A stretch of DNA of 64,000 nt from the NCBI GenBank assembly GCA_047947115.1, contig CP170459.1, positions 3,200,001 to 3,264,000 on the forward strand. Direction: 5' to 3'. The notes below the pieces were generated by a model. It had not been told where the DNA came from. It did not search any database and saw nothing but the letters and a program-made list of their open reading frames with translations. The DNA comes from Verrucomicrobiota bacterium (lineage in GTDB: Bacteria > Verrucomicrobiota > Verrucomicrobiia > Limisphaerales > AAA164-E04). Positions 1 through 10,789 of this stretch are shown piece by piece (position 1 is the first letter of the stretch; each line of letters opens with the position of its first letter). Position numbers and translations under genes: made by a program.

Positions 1-786
1 GTCTATCGTCCTTCGAGTGAAAAATCCCGCGATGTGGTGCTTGAGCGAGCCATTATCAAGGTGGATACCGTTAAGGACTTGTCTGGTGAGAATACCTTTG
101 AACTGGATGATTACAAAATTGGCTACGTCTGGTTGACCCAGTTCGGGGAGCAAACCGGTCGTGATTTGCGCCGCTCTCTTGACCGAATGTTGTCCGATGG
201 CATGCGTGGCCTGATTCTGGATCTTCGAGGGAACCCTGGCGGATTGCTGGATCAAGCTGTGGAAGTGTGTGAACAATTTCTTCCATCCGGTCAGCTCGTC
301 GTTTTCACTCAAGGACAAACGGAGCACATGCGCAGCGAACATTTTGCCGGTTCCAAAAATCCGATTCTGGATCTGCCGATCGTGGTTCTCGTGAACAACG
401 GCAGTGCCAGCGCTTCAGAAATTGTGTCCGGATGTCTGCAGGATCTGGGGCGTGCGGTCATTTTGGGAGAACAGACATTCGGGAAAGGTTCCGTGCAAAG
501 CATCTTTCCGGTATCCGGCGGATGGGCACTGCGATTGACGACAGCAAAATATTACACCCCCAGCGAGAAGGTGATTCATGGAAAGGGGATCACACCCGAC
601 ATCCTGGTCCCTGTCTCAAATGAAGATCTCGAAGCTCTCTTTTATAAGCGCACTCCAGGTGGTGTGGACGGATTGCTGCATCTCTCAGAAGAGGAGCGAG
701 AGCGCATTCGGTCCACCATGGACGTTCAACTGGAGCGTGCGCGTGATCTGTTGCGAGGTGTTTTCCTGATGGAAGACCGTTCATGA
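1..786 (+). CDS. ctpA: S41 family carboxyl-terminal processing protease (5'-truncated by window edge)
   Basis: Frame is open from base 1; motifs DLRGNPGGLL, SASASEIV, GEQTFGKGSVQ, LTTAKYYTP. Confidence 0.9.
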   Translation, partial: VYRPSSEKSRDVVLERAIIKVDTVKDLSGENTFELDDYKIGYVWLTQFGEQTGRDLRRSLDRMLSDGMRGLILDLRGNPGGLLDQAVEVCEQFLPSGQLVVFTQGQTEHMRSEHFAGSKNPILDLPIVVLVNNGSASASEIVSGCLQDLGRAVILGEQTFGKGSVQSIFPVSGGWALRLTTAKYYTPSEKVIHGKGITPDILVPVSNEDLEALFYKRTPGGVDGLLHLSEEERERIRSTMDVQLERARDLLRGVFLMEDRS

Positions 787-1823
787 ACATTTTGGGAATC
801 GAATCATCCTGTGATGAAACCGCCGCTGCTGTGGTTGCCAACGGTCGCATCCTGTCTGATCCGGTTGCTTCCCAAATAAAGCTACACGCCGAATATGGTG
901 GTGTCGTGCCCGAATTGGCTGCGCGGGAGCATTTGAGTCATGTCCTTCCCGTCGTGCGCCAGGCACTTGATGAAGCGGTGGTGCGAGCCGATGAGCTTGA
1001 CTGGATCGCTGCGACCCAAGGTCCGGGGCTTCCTCCTGCCTTGATGGTTGGTTATCATGTCGCCCAGAGTTTGGCGTTCGCACTGGATAAACCCTTTATC
1101 GGAGTCAATCACCATGAAGCACATCTTTATTCACCATGGATTGACCCGGAAGCAGGTTGCCTGGACACAACTGCCTTTGAGCCCAATGTCAGCCTGATCG
1201 TGAGCGGTGGACACACGATGTTGGTGCTGGTGGAAGAACCTTTGAAGCACCGCGTGCTTGGAGGGACGATTGATGATGCCGCCGGGGAATGTTTTGATAA
1301 GACAGCCAAATTGATCGGTTTGCCCTATCCAGGAGGTCCGGTGATGGATCGACTCGCGGCCAAGGGAAACCCGGCGGCGTATGAGTTCCCGCGTCCTTTG
1401 CTCAAAGACCCCGGGCTTGATTTCAGTTTCAGCGGACTCAAAACATCGGTACGATATTTCATTCAAAAACATCCGGAACTGGTTGAAGACTCATCCAAAC
1501 TGCAGGACCTGTGCGCTTCAGTGCAGGCCTCGATTGTGGAGGTGCTGGTTAAAAAGACCATTCGTGCGGCTTTGAAAACAGGTGTGAAAACCATCACCGC
1601 CTCGGGGGGAGTGTCCTGTAACCGGGGGCTGCGGCAGTCTTTGATGGAAGCCTGTGAATCCAAGGGGATGCAACTTCGCATTGCCCACGGAAGGTATTGC
1701 ACCGATAACGCCGCCATGGTGGCCATCCTGGCAGCATGGAAAATCCAAGCCGGAGCCTTGCCCCAAACAGAAGAGGAGGGCATTCGGGCAGGGTGGAGGT
1801 TGGAACAAGGCGTTACCGGATGA
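783..1823 (+). CDS. tsaD: tRNA N6-adenosine threonylcarbamoyltransferase
   Basis: ILGIESSCDETA, GGVVPELAAREH, NHHEAH, VSGGHT, DDAAGECFDK, FSFSGLKT, CTDNAAM; ATGA overlap with the ctpA stop. Confidence 0.97.
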   Translation: MNILGIESSCDETAAAVVANGRILSDPVASQIKLHAEYGGVVPELAAREHLSHVLPVVRQALDEAVVRADELDWIAATQGPGLPPALMVGYHVAQSLAFALDKPFIGVNHHEAHLYSPWIDPEAGCLDTTAFEPNVSLIVSGGHTMLVLVEEPLKHRVLGGTIDDAAGECFDKTAKLIGLPYPGGPVMDRLAAKGNPAAYEFPRPLLKDPGLDFSFSGLKTSVRYFIQKHPELVEDSSKLQDLCASVQASIVEVLVKKTIRAALKTGVKTITASGGVSCNRGLRQSLMEACESKGMQLRIAHGRYCTDNAAMVAILAAWKIQAGALPQTEEEGIRAGWRLEQGVTG

Positions 1824-2226
1824 GTTTAAGGTGAAACTCCAAAGCGATGAGATTAATATCGTGGTCGTTGTGAAGCTCTGCCGCCGCTATGAAAGGGTCT
1901 TCCACTTTCTTGATTGTCGGGCCTTTCATTTGCAGTAATCAATAGATATCGGCCGCATCCCAGGCGCAGACAGATCACCTTACCATTCGACGGTTCTTTC
2001 TGGTTCCATGATTTTACAGATGCGATGTCTTCTGAGAATTTCTCTTAACGCAAAGTCGCCGCTACACAGTAGGTTTGGATCCCATTACATTTTTTGACAT
2101 CGTCTACTCCCTCGTCATCTATGACAAAATCCGTTATCATCCCATGTGTATCATGTTTCCGAATGAGATACATGCCAACATTAGGAAAGAACCATGGTGG
2201 GATTTATCATTCTTTCCTTCAAAGGC

Positions 2227-3504
2227 CTACTTTTTCTTTTTCCCCTGGGATTTCGCCTTTTTCCTGGCTTTCTTTTTTTCGGCAGGGGCTTGGTGGACCT
2301 GTGCGGCCACTTTTAGGCGCAGACCGTTCAGTCGAATGAAGCCGGTGGCATCGTCCTGGTTGTAGGCCTGGGTTGGGTCGGCTTCCATGGTGGCAATGTC
2401 AGGGTTGTATAGGCTGACCGGTGATTTTCTTCCCGCGGTGATGATATTGCCCTTGTAAAGCTTGATCCGAACGGTGCCGGTCACGTTCTTCTGGCTTTCA
2501 GTGACCAGAGCCTGAAGGGCTTCACGTTCCGGCGCGTACCAGAATCCGTAGTAAACCAGTTCCGCATATTTGGGGATCAATGAATCGCGCAGGTGCATGA
2601 CTTCGCGATCCATGGTGAGACTTTCAATCTGGCGATGGGCGAAGAGCAGGATGCTGCCACCTGGGGTTTCATAAACACCACGCGATTTCATGCCCACGAA
2701 GCGGTTTTCCACGAGGTCGACCCTTCCAACACCATGTTTGCCTCCGAGCTTGTTGAGCTTCTTCATGACGCCAAGTGGTGTCATGCGCTTGCCATTGACG
2801 GCGACGCAGTTTCCCTGAACAAATTCCAGGTCGACATATTCCGGTTCGTCCGGAGCGTCTTCGGGGCTGACGCTGAGTTTATACATGTCCTTGTGCTCGG
2901 GTGCGGATGCGTCCAGCCACGGATCTTCCAGGATGCCGGCTTCGTAGGAAATATGGAGCAGGTTGCGATCCATGGAGTAGGGCTTCTTTGCGCTGGCTTC
3001 CACGGGGATGTTCTTTTCGGCGCAATAATCGATCATTTCTTTGCGGCCGGGGAAGGTGGCTCGAAATTCGGCGTCGCGCCACGGGGCAATGACATTAATT
3101 TCAGGAGCGAGTGCGGCCGCCGTCAATTCGAAACGAACCTGGTCGTTGCCTTTGCCGGTGGCCCCATGTGCTATGGCTTGCGCATTCTCTTTGCGGGCAA
3201 TTTCCACCATGCGTTTAGCGATCAGGGGGCGTGCAATACTGGTGCCCAGGAAATACTGGCCTTCGTAGATCGCGCCAGCCTGGATCATGGGAAAGATGAA
3301 GTCGCGCGCGAATTCTTCCTGCAGGTCGTCGATGTAAATTTTTGAGGAACCGGTCTTCTTGGCCTTTTTATCCAGACCATCTAATTCCTCCTCCTGTCCG
3401 ATGTCGGCACAGAAAGCAATGATCTTGGCCTGATATTTGTCTTTCAACCAGGAAACTAACACTGAGGTGTCCAAACCGCCCGAATATGCCAATACAATTT
3501 TCAC
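2227..3504 (-). CDS. argG: argininosuccinate synthase
   Basis: [47 protein letters not shown] start at 3504 preferred over the ORF-track start 3540. Confidence 0.97.
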   Translation of the reverse strand: MKIVLAYSGGLDTSVLVSWLKDKYQAKIIAFCADIGQEEELDGLDKKAKKTGSSKIYIDDLQEEFARDFIFPMIQAGAIYEGQYFLGTSIARPLIAKRMVEIARKENAQAIAHGATGKGNDQVRFELTAAALAPEINVIAPWRDAEFRATFPGRKEMIDYCAEKNIPVEASAKKPYSMDRNLLHISYEAGILEDPWLDASAPEHKDMYKLSVSPEDAPDEPEYVDLEFVQGNCVAVNGKRMTPLGVMKKLNKLGGKHGVGRVDLVENRFVGMKSRGVYETPGGSILLFAHRQIESLTMDREVMHLRDSLIPKYAELVYYGFWYAPEREALQALVTESQKNVTGTVRIKLYKGNIITAGRKSPVSLYNPDIATMEADPTQAYNQDDATGFIRLNGLRLKVAAQVHQAPAEKKKARKKAKSQGKKKK

Positions 3505-3540
3505 CCCACCAGCATGCTCAAATCCGGGATTCGCTGCCAA
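3505..3540 (-). promoter_or_regulatory. putative sigma70 promoter, leaderless argG
   Basis: Minus strand TTGGCA-N18-CATGCT-N6-GTG. Confidence 0.4.
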
Positions 3541-3566
3541 GCTGAAAAATCGGGAATCGAAACACT

Positions 3567-4568
3567 TCAGCTTGTTGAGGTGTTGGCAAGGGTCCAGGAT
3601 TGTACCTTGTGGTGACCGACAGCCAGGATGTGATGATTCTTTGTGTCTAAGTGGAATCGATGGATATACATCGAAGATTCCGGTTCACTCACAGATTTTT
3701 GAGTCGAGCTGTCCAAGCAGATCCAAAATCCCTTACCGCTTCCCCCTGCGCTGATGAGGTGGGAACCGTCCTCCAGGTAGTGGAGGTCTTCGATCAATCC
3801 TTTGTGAGTATCACTTTCAAATTCACCGGCTTGTTTGCCGTTCTCCACGCTGAACCATTCGATGCGTGCTTTGCCTCCCAGACCATCCACGTTTTTCACA
3901 TGCCCCATGCCACCTGCCGCCAGGGTCGTTTGGTCGGGGGAAAAGCAAAGGGATCGGATGCCGCCGATGGAGCGCAGGCGTTGAACTTCATCCCAGGTAT
4001 ACATGATGGGAGCTTTCAGGTGATGCATGATTTTTCCGGTCCGGATTTCCCAGAGGATGATGTCCCCGATGCGGTCTGCCGTTGCCAGAAGTGAGCCATC
4101 GGATGAGAAGGCGCAGGTATACAGCATGGTGGAAAACCCCTGGGGGGTTTGCGGGGCGTGTCCTTTCAATTCTTTCAAAAGTTGACCGGACGCGGCATCC
4201 CAAATTCGGGCGATCATGTCATCGCCAACCGTGGCAAGCATCCGTCCATCGGGGGTGACTTGAATGTTTCGTATCCATTTCGCATGCGCTTTTCTGGAGG
4301 ATCGAAGTTGGCCGGAAGCGAGATCCCATTCATTGAGCAACCGGTCATATCCAACCGACCATAATCTGCCTTGAGCCACCGCTGCGCCTGTCACATAACT
4401 TTGGTGGGCCAACAACGGGGGTTGATCCGTTTGCGCACCGGAAGCATCCAGTCGGTGGATTCCGGCATCCGAACTTCCCGTATACCAGGTGTCATCGGAT
4501 GCCGAATGTGCCAGGCAGAAAAGGATGTCATCCCTTTCGTGGTCCTGGCCTGGTTTCAATTCAATCAT
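3567..4568 (-). CDS. WD40-repeat beta-propeller protein
   Basis: Repeated H..V/I..(S/T)PDG..LAT..D..WD/WE units; lies downstream of DUF1549/1553 and DUF1501 genes. Confidence 0.85.
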   Translation of the reverse strand: MIELKPGQDHERDDILFCLAHSASDDTWYTGSSDAGIHRLDASGAQTDQPPLLAHQSYVTGAAVAQGRLWSVGYDRLLNEWDLASGQLRSSRKAHAKWIRNIQVTPDGRMLATVGDDMIARIWDAASGQLLKELKGHAPQTPQGFSTMLYTCAFSSDGSLLATADRIGDIILWEIRTGKIMHHLKAPIMYTWDEVQRLRSIGGIRSLCFSPDQTTLAAGGMGHVKNVDGLGGKARIEWFSVENGKQAGEFESDTHKGLIEDLHYLEDGSHLISAGGSGKGFWICLDSSTQKSVSEPESSMYIHRFHLDTKNHHILAVGHHKVQSWTLANTSTS

Positions 4569-4612
4569 GTTTCGGAAATGTTTGTTCTACCCTGGAAGAA
4601 TGGATACCAGAC

Positions 4613-5938
4613 TCAACTTAACACCTGTCTGATTGGCTCAATGCCGTAATTGACCAACGGAACAGGCCGTGGACCGAAGTAATAGTTTTTGTCGTGGGGA
4701 ATTCCGACCGCATGCAGCATGGTGGCGAATAATTCGCCGGCTCCGACTTCGCCCTCTTTGACTTCTTTGCCGTCCTTGTCTGTTTCTCCGAAAATGGCAC
4801 CTTCCTGAATCCCGCATCCCGCCATCAGGGCGCTCCATGCCCTTGAGAAATGATCTCGTCCCAATTGGGCGTTGATCTCCGGTGTGCGTCCGAATTCTCC
4901 CATGACTACGACCAAGGTGTGATCGAGCATGCCACGCTGACGCAGGTCATCGAGGAGCGCTGAGAGGACACGATCGAGTTCAGGGACCATTTCCTGATGT
5001 GTTTCAAAGTTCTGGCCATGACTGTCCCACCACGCACGACCGACCCGCACGAAGGGCACTCCTGATTCGGCAAGCCGTCTTGCCAGGAGCATTTGTTTGC
5101 CAAACAATGTTGGACCGTATCGCTCACGAATGGAGACTGGCTCACGATCAATATCGAAGAGCTTTTCACTGCTCATCAATCCTTGAACGCGGGCATAGGC
5201 CGAAGCATGGCTCTTCACGAGTTCCGAATCCCTGCTGTGGGCGAATTGCCGGCTCAGCAATGCCTGCAGTTCGGCGCGCGCATGATGATCGATGTCGGAA
5301 AGGTGACTCAGACGTTTCAGGTTGGGCGGCGTCATTTGATCCGTCAATTGCATGGGAGCAAAACGAGCACCGAGAAAGCTGGGTGTGAGTTTGGAAAAGT
5401 GACGTCCTTCTGTTTGTGAGTAGAAGGAAACATAATCCGGCACTTCGCTGTCTGCGCGTGCCAGTTCCTTGGCAAGGATGGCTCCGATGTCCGGGTATTT
5501 CATTGCCGGTTCATCCTTTCGTCCGCGCATCATCAGGACAGATGCCGTGTCGTGACCGCTGTCCTTGGTGTTCAGTGAGCGGATCAGGCAGGTCTGATGC
5601 ATGCGCTTCGCCATCATCGGCATCAATTCGGAAACGTGGAGTCCTGGAATCGTGGTCGGTATGGTGCCGAAAGGGCCTCCTGTGGCGCGGCCGGGCTTGG
5701 GATCCCAGGTTTCAAACTGACTCGCCCCGCCTGCCAGCCAGACCAAAATAACGCTTCGTCCCCTGGCTTTGAGCTGGTGGTTGAGCTGTTCCTGGTCAAA
5801 CAGGTGTGCCGATCCGGCATTGCCGATCAAACCGCCCGCGCCGGCCATGCTGACCGCCAGACTGTTCATGAACAGTCGTCGGCTGATTTGATGTTCCGCA
5901 TTCTGGCATTCTCCCGGCTTTGTCTTTTCTGTAGGCAT
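4613..5938 (-). CDS. DUF1501 domain protein with Tat-like SRRLF N-terminus
   Basis: WLAGGASQFETWDPKP, ARRLAESGVPFV, WDSH, GEFGRTP, GRDH. Confidence 0.9.
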   Translation of the reverse strand: MPTEKTKPGECQNAEHQISRRLFMNSLAVSMAGAGGLIGNAGSAHLFDQEQLNHQLKARGRSVILVWLAGGASQFETWDPKPGRATGGPFGTIPTTIPGLHVSELMPMMAKRMHQTCLIRSLNTKDSGHDTASVLMMRGRKDEPAMKYPDIGAILAKELARADSEVPDYVSFYSQTEGRHFSKLTPSFLGARFAPMQLTDQMTPPNLKRLSHLSDIDHHARAELQALLSRQFAHSRDSELVKSHASAYARVQGLMSSEKLFDIDREPVSIRERYGPTLFGKQMLLARRLAESGVPFVRVGRAWWDSHGQNFETHQEMVPELDRVLSALLDDLRQRGMLDHTLVVVMGEFGRTPEINAQLGRDHFSRAWSALMAGCGIQEGAIFGETDKDGKEVKEGEVGAGELFATMLHAVGIPHDKNYYFGPRPVPLVNYGIEPIRQVLS

Positions 5939-5944
5939 GTTTTG

Positions 5945-7975
5945 CTAATGGTTCAAACGACATTCAGGACTGGTCAAAAGGACCCATATCATAGATTCCA
6001 ATTGGTTTTTTGCTTGGGTTCTTTCCAAGGACAGGAACCGGGTCATGGTTTCGGTTTCTGACTGTGTGGGTAACCGGTTCAGTATGTTGATGTATGCTTT
6101 TTCCACCTGCTTTTCGGTGTTCGGTTCTTCCAATAGTGTTGCGACCAAACCATCCGGCCGGTTTTCAAAGAGCAGTGAACGGATGTCTTTGCCGTTACTC
6201 AGTTGCAGCGCTTCGTCCACACTGAAATAAAATCCGTCACCGGGCCTTTCAAACCAGGAAGCTGTCTCATCCAGATGATTCAGCAGTATGCCAAGTTGTT
6301 CATGGTGCTTTTTGTCCGATGGTTCGCAACCATCGAAAACCTCGGGTGATGTTGCGCCGATCAGGAGATTGGCTGCATATTGACGTGGGGTTAATACACG
6401 TAAATTGGCTGTTGCGTAAGTGTCATTTGCGGGGCGATCGCTGGTGGTCCATGCACTGGACCGCTGATAGGCCTTGCTCAGTACAATGCCTTCAACCAGA
6501 CCATTCAGGTCGTAATCCGAACGCGCCAACCAGTCCGCCAACCAGAGCAGCAGTTCCGGGTGGCTGGGAGGATTGTCCCCGTGCATTTGATCCAGGGGTT
6601 CAACAAACCCGGCTCCCATGAATCGATACCAGACACGGTTGACCAGCGCCCGCGCGAAGTATCCCTGTTGATCCGCCGCCAATCCTTCCTGAACCAGTTT
6701 TGCTCGACGACTGTTGGGGGGCAGGGGAGCGGGTTTCTTTTCCTGCTTCAATGTTTCCAGTTGTTCCTTTTCGGCTTTGCGCTGTTCATCATTCCATTCA
6801 TCGGAATCATCCATGATCCGGTTGCCGTCAATGAATTGAAGAGGGGCATTGCGTGTGTCGCCCCGGGTGGTTTTATAGCTTACCTGACCGTACGCTCGTT
6901 CGGTCACAAACCCGCCGTTTTCGAACGTTCGACCAAAAAAGGATTTCATGCCGTAATAACTTGCCTGTGTCCAATCAGGCACGTTGGGGTGGTCATGACA
7001 TTGTGCACAACTGATGTTCACGCCGAAAAAACGCACGCTCACATCGTTGGTCAGTTGATCAATGTCACGCACTCGTTCTTTGATGAATTGCGGCGCCCCT
7101 TTTGCCGTTTCATCCTGATAATCGGCGACAATGATCTCCTTGAATATCCGATCCCAGGATCGGTTTTCTCCAAAAGCTGTTTCCAGATAGGTCTTCAGTT
7201 CGCCTTCCTTGCCATCCATGAGCAGCCAGTTGAATTCTTCCACTTGTTGTTCCTTGTAACATGGAGAATCGATGAGGTGGTGAACGTACTCTTCCAGACG
7301 CTGTGGGGATGAATTGAAAAGATAATCGTTGAATTCAGCCGGAGTCGGAGGGCGGCCAGCCAGATCCAGAGTAACGCGACGTACCAACTCCACATCGGTT
7401 GCCCGGGGGGCCGGGATGATCCGCCGCTTTTTCAAGGCGTTCAGTATGTAATGATCAATGGCCTGTTGCGGCGAGGTTTCAGGGGAGAGCAGGTCATCCC
7501 GGTTGACCGTTACCCACCAGGCCGGTTTTGCTTTGGGGAGCCCGTTTGCCGATTGTGGGAAAACGGCTCCGGATCGGATCCAAGTTTCAAAATGCCGGAT
7601 CTGCTCAGTTGAAAGTGGATCGTCAGGTGGCATCTGAAGGTCTTTGTCCTGATATCTGATAGCAGTGATTAAGAGGCTTTGGTCCGGGTGACCCTCAACC
7701 AGGGAAGGACCGGTGTCTCCACCTCGGAGCATGGCCTCCCGACTGTCCAGTTGTAGCCCTCCTTTAGATTTGTTCCGCGTCTGAGAGTGACATCCGTAAC
7801 AGGCCTCCGCAAGAATCGGGCGGATCTTGTTCTCAAAAAATGCAATGTCAGATTCTGTGGGACTGGTCTGAGCCTGTATGATCGGGCAGGCAAACACGCA
7901 AAGCAGCAAACACATACACATTTTTGTTGTAAAATGTTTCTCGATTCCGGGCATGTGATTTTGCCTGATGCTCAT
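5945..7975 (-). CDS. planctomycete-type cytochrome c + DUF1549/DUF1553 protein
   Basis: FFENKIRPILAEACYGCH, KGGLQLD, RRVTLDLAGRPPT, CAQCHDHP, NRVW, PPSHPELL; start uncertain (ORF extends to 8104). Confidence 0.88.
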   Translation of the reverse strand: MSIRQNHMPGIEKHFTTKMCMCLLLCVFACPIIQAQTSPTESDIAFFENKIRPILAEACYGCHSQTRNKSKGGLQLDSREAMLRGGDTGPSLVEGHPDQSLLITAIRYQDKDLQMPPDDPLSTEQIRHFETWIRSGAVFPQSANGLPKAKPAWWVTVNRDDLLSPETSPQQAIDHYILNALKKRRIIPAPRATDVELVRRVTLDLAGRPPTPAEFNDYLFNSSPQRLEEYVHHLIDSPCYKEQQVEEFNWLLMDGKEGELKTYLETAFGENRSWDRIFKEIIVADYQDETAKGAPQFIKERVRDIDQLTNDVSVRFFGVNISCAQCHDHPNVPDWTQASYYGMKSFFGRTFENGGFVTERAYGQVSYKTTRGDTRNAPLQFIDGNRIMDDSDEWNDEQRKAEKEQLETLKQEKKPAPLPPNSRRAKLVQEGLAADQQGYFARALVNRVWYRFMGAGFVEPLDQMHGDNPPSHPELLLWLADWLARSDYDLNGLVEGIVLSKAYQRSSAWTTSDRPANDTYATANLRVLTPRQYAANLLIGATSPEVFDGCEPSDKKHHEQLGILLNHLDETASWFERPGDGFYFSVDEALQLSNGKDIRSLLFENRPDGLVATLLEEPNTEKQVEKAYINILNRLPTQSETETMTRFLSLERTQAKNQLESMIWVLLTSPECRLNH

Positions 7976-8080
7976 GGTGGATTCGACGTATTCTAATATC
8001 GACATGATAAATCTCAAGCCAAACCTCCTTGATTTCAAAGGTTGCAAAAGTTGATGGAATGGGTTTTCTTGCCGTCCCTT

Positions 8081-8974
8081 ATGGAGTGCAACTCGAATCA
8101 ACAAACTCCGAATTGGAGAGCTTACCTCATCCTAGGTCGCATCTCCAATCTGCCGACCGTGTGGTCCAACTGTCTGGTGGGTTGGTTGATGGGGGACGGC
8201 ATGGGGATAGGTGGCGCTGTCGGTTGGGGTGTGCTCCTGTGGCTTTGCCTGGGAGGAACACTGCTTTACGTTGGTGGCATGTATCTGAATGATGCATTTG
8301 ATGCAGGTTTTGACCGGCAATTTCGCAAAGAGCGTCCTATTCCTGCCGGGCATGTGAAGGAAGAAACCGTCTGGTTGCTTGGGTGGGGGCAAATGGTATT
8401 GGGCTTTGCCTGCCTTGTATTCGGGTGCCAGGTGTCGTGGATCATTGCTTTGATGCTGGTGGGATCCATCATCCTTTACGACGCCGTTCACAAACACGTT
8501 CCCTTCTCTCCGGTCATCATGGCGGCTTGCCGGTTCTTTCTGGTTTTGGCAGCATTTGATGCCTCTGGAAATCCCTGGCAAGGTTACGCCTTATGGCCTG
8601 CTTTTGCACTGGCGGCCTATATCATTGGGCTTACCTATGTCGCCAAGCGCGAATCTACCGGTGGCGTCATTTCCTTCTGGCCCTGCCTGCTCATCGTTGC
8701 GCCCATCCTGCTATCCTATCTGGTGAACAACGGTCGTTACTTCTGGTTGGGCATCCTGACGAGTTTGGTGCTCGCGGCGTGGATCGTTTACTGCCTGCAA
8801 TTCGTTCTGCGCACCGACAAGGTCCAAATCTTCAAAACCGTATCCGGCTTACTGGCCGGCATCGCGTTGGTGGACATGGTGGCCATCGTTGGGCAGGATC
8901 CTTATTGGTTGGGGATCATGTTTCTCCTGTTCCTGTCTGCACTGCTATTCCAGCGGTTTGTGCCGGCGACCTAA
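8081..8974 (+). CDS. UbiA family prenyltransferase (EboC-like)
   Basis: LGRISNLPTVWSN, GMYLNDAFDAGFD..RKERPIPAG, YDAVHK; multiple TM helices; start uncertain. Confidence 0.85.
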   Translation: MECNSNQQTPNWRAYLILGRISNLPTVWSNCLVGWLMGDGMGIGGAVGWGVLLWLCLGGTLLYVGGMYLNDAFDAGFDRQFRKERPIPAGHVKEETVWLLGWGQMVLGFACLVFGCQVSWIIALMLVGSIILYDAVHKHVPFSPVIMAACRFFLVLAAFDASGNPWQGYALWPAFALAAYIIGLTYVAKRESTGGVISFWPCLLIVAPILLSYLVNNGRYFWLGILTSLVLAAWIVYCLQFVLRTDKVQIFKTVSGLLAGIALVDMVAIVGQDPYWLGIMFLLFLSALLFQRFVPAT

Positions 8975-9157
8975 GGGAATTGAAAGACGCCTTCCTTTCC
9001 ACTCCATTGATCATGGAGCAGAGGGCAATGGAATGGGTTCCCGTCATCCGAATTTTTCCGCAGCCCCTAATGAGTCGTGAGTGACAAGGTCAGTGTTTCC
9101 CGGATTTGTTTTCAATCCGAAAATTGCCCTTAACCCATCACAGCCCCCGGCTCCTGT

Positions 9158-10363
9158 TCAGTGTGCCAGGAATTCTTTCTTTGCTGCTTTTTCGTCCAGT
9201 TCCGAAAGTCTCAGTCGCACGCTGACGATGTATGGGGACTCGCCTTCGGTCCAGTGGCCGTAGGTGGTGGTGACGAAGGTGCCGTCGGGGAGGAGTTCGA
9301 CGCCTGGATAGGCACAGTCGGCTCCTTTGGTATTGTTCATGAGGCGCACTCGGTATTGACCTTCACGATTGTTCAAAATGTCCTCATAAGTTCCCACCCA
9401 GGCTACCCAGTCGCCTTTGGTCGGAGACTCGTGGGTTGTATCACGGAAGGAGATGAACAGTCTGCCGTCGGGTGCATACACGCCGGTATGGCGGTCACCG
9501 GTCAGGGAGGCAGGCAGTTCGCGTGGTTTGGACCAGGTTTGTGCCTCGTCGTTGCTGAAGATGACATGTGAGTTTTTTCGCCGGGCATTTTCCCGGAGGA
9601 GGACCGCCATTTGTTTGCCGTCCGGCGAACGCACCATGCCGGGTTCGCAAAGGTGAACGGCGCTGCTGGCGAAGATGGTATCAGGCTGAGACCACGTCAG
9701 GCCGCCATCTGATGAAAAGGTTTGATAGAGAGTCATGGTATCCACGCGCTTTCCGTTGGTACGGAAAAAGCGACCGTCATCGTGAAACATGGCCATGTAG
9801 TTGCCGGATTCTTTTCCGACGGGTGCGACGTAGCCCATGACAACAATCCCCCCCCAATCACCGGCCGGGTTCAGTTCACTCCAGGTCAATCCATCATCTT
9901 CGGAGACCGCCAGGCGAGCCGGGTAGAGTCCCGACCACATGATGATACGCTTCTTGCCATGGGCATCCACAACTCTGTGAAGCGTTGGAACTTCTTTGGA
10001 AGTTTCCCATGATTTGGGTGTAGGCAACCGGTTGGACCACGTTTTGCCTCCATCCATGCTGCGTTTGTAGACGATTCCACCGCGTCCGTGTCCCTTTGGA
10101 TAGACGCATAACATGGTCTTGCCATCTTCAAGGAGACAGGTGGTGGGGTGTCCAAGGTATTGTCCTTCCTCTCTGTCCACGATGACCTGTCTGTGTTTTT
10201 CACCCGAAAGGTCGATGATAGGGATGGAATAGCCACGGGGCATGGAGGAGGTGTCTGCCGCGGTGGCTGATGTGAGTGACACAACCATCATGAGTATTGT
10301 CAGCCATACTGCCTGTGGTGCTTGAAAGCGTGATAATTTGCGGGTTATCTGGATTGTGGTCAT
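9158..10363 (-). CDS. BNR/Asp-box sialidase-family glycoside hydrolase, secreted
   Basis: Signal peptide; Asp boxes SMDGGKTW, SEDDGLTW, SSDGGLTW, SNDEAQTW; DCAYP. Confidence 0.85.
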   Translation of the reverse strand: MTTIQITRKLSRFQAPQAVWLTILMMVVSLTSATAADTSSMPRGYSIPIIDLSGEKHRQVIVDREEGQYLGHPTTCLLEDGKTMLCVYPKGHGRGGIVYKRSMDGGKTWSNRLPTPKSWETSKEVPTLHRVVDAHGKKRIIMWSGLYPARLAVSEDDGLTWSELNPAGDWGGIVVMGYVAPVGKESGNYMAMFHDDGRFFRTNGKRVDTMTLYQTFSSDGGLTWSQPDTIFASSAVHLCEPGMVRSPDGKQMAVLLRENARRKNSHVIFSNDEAQTWSKPRELPASLTGDRHTGVYAPDGRLFISFRDTTHESPTKGDWVAWVGTYEDILNNREGQYRVRLMNNTKGADCAYPGVELLPDGTFVTTTYGHWTEGESPYIVSVRLRLSELDEKAAKKEFLAH

Positions 10364-10789
10364 GATTGGAAACAGCTATACCAAAGGCGACATGTAATCA
10401 AGGTAGTTCGGAAAACGGATCATCCATTGTCTCAAAGGATGGAAGTTCGAATGGATCGTTTAGAGCGGGCGGAGGATTTGGCCATGTCCGTATTACCCAT
10501 TCTGAAAGAGCTTTCTGCCAGACCGATCTGATGATGTATTTCGGATCCCGGCCCAGCTTGTAGCCACCACCATGCCGCTCTGGCGTCATCTTGAAAGAGC
10601 GAAAATACATGCCTCCGATGGTGCGCTTGATCCGTCGTGAGAGTTGCCCGCCTTGTCCCTGCAGCCTCAGAAAGTGGTATATCAAACGAAGTTCGGATCG
10701 CCATTTGCTGGCATTGTGATTGATGAGATTTCAATGATGACTGCTTTCGGGCTTGGAATTTGCGCGTTGAAGGGGTAGTTAGGGCGTTC

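Noticed and set aside
2593..3345. 250-aa ORF antisense to argG, and similar shadow ORFs at 6560-7312, 40354-41202 and 47001-47726
   Set aside because: Shadows of well-supported genes on the opposite strand.
8972..9135. Possible IS-end or MITE remnant (TTTTTCCGCAGCCCCTA and TAAGGG..CCCTTA)
   Set aside because: The inverted-repeat match is too weak and single-copy to call.
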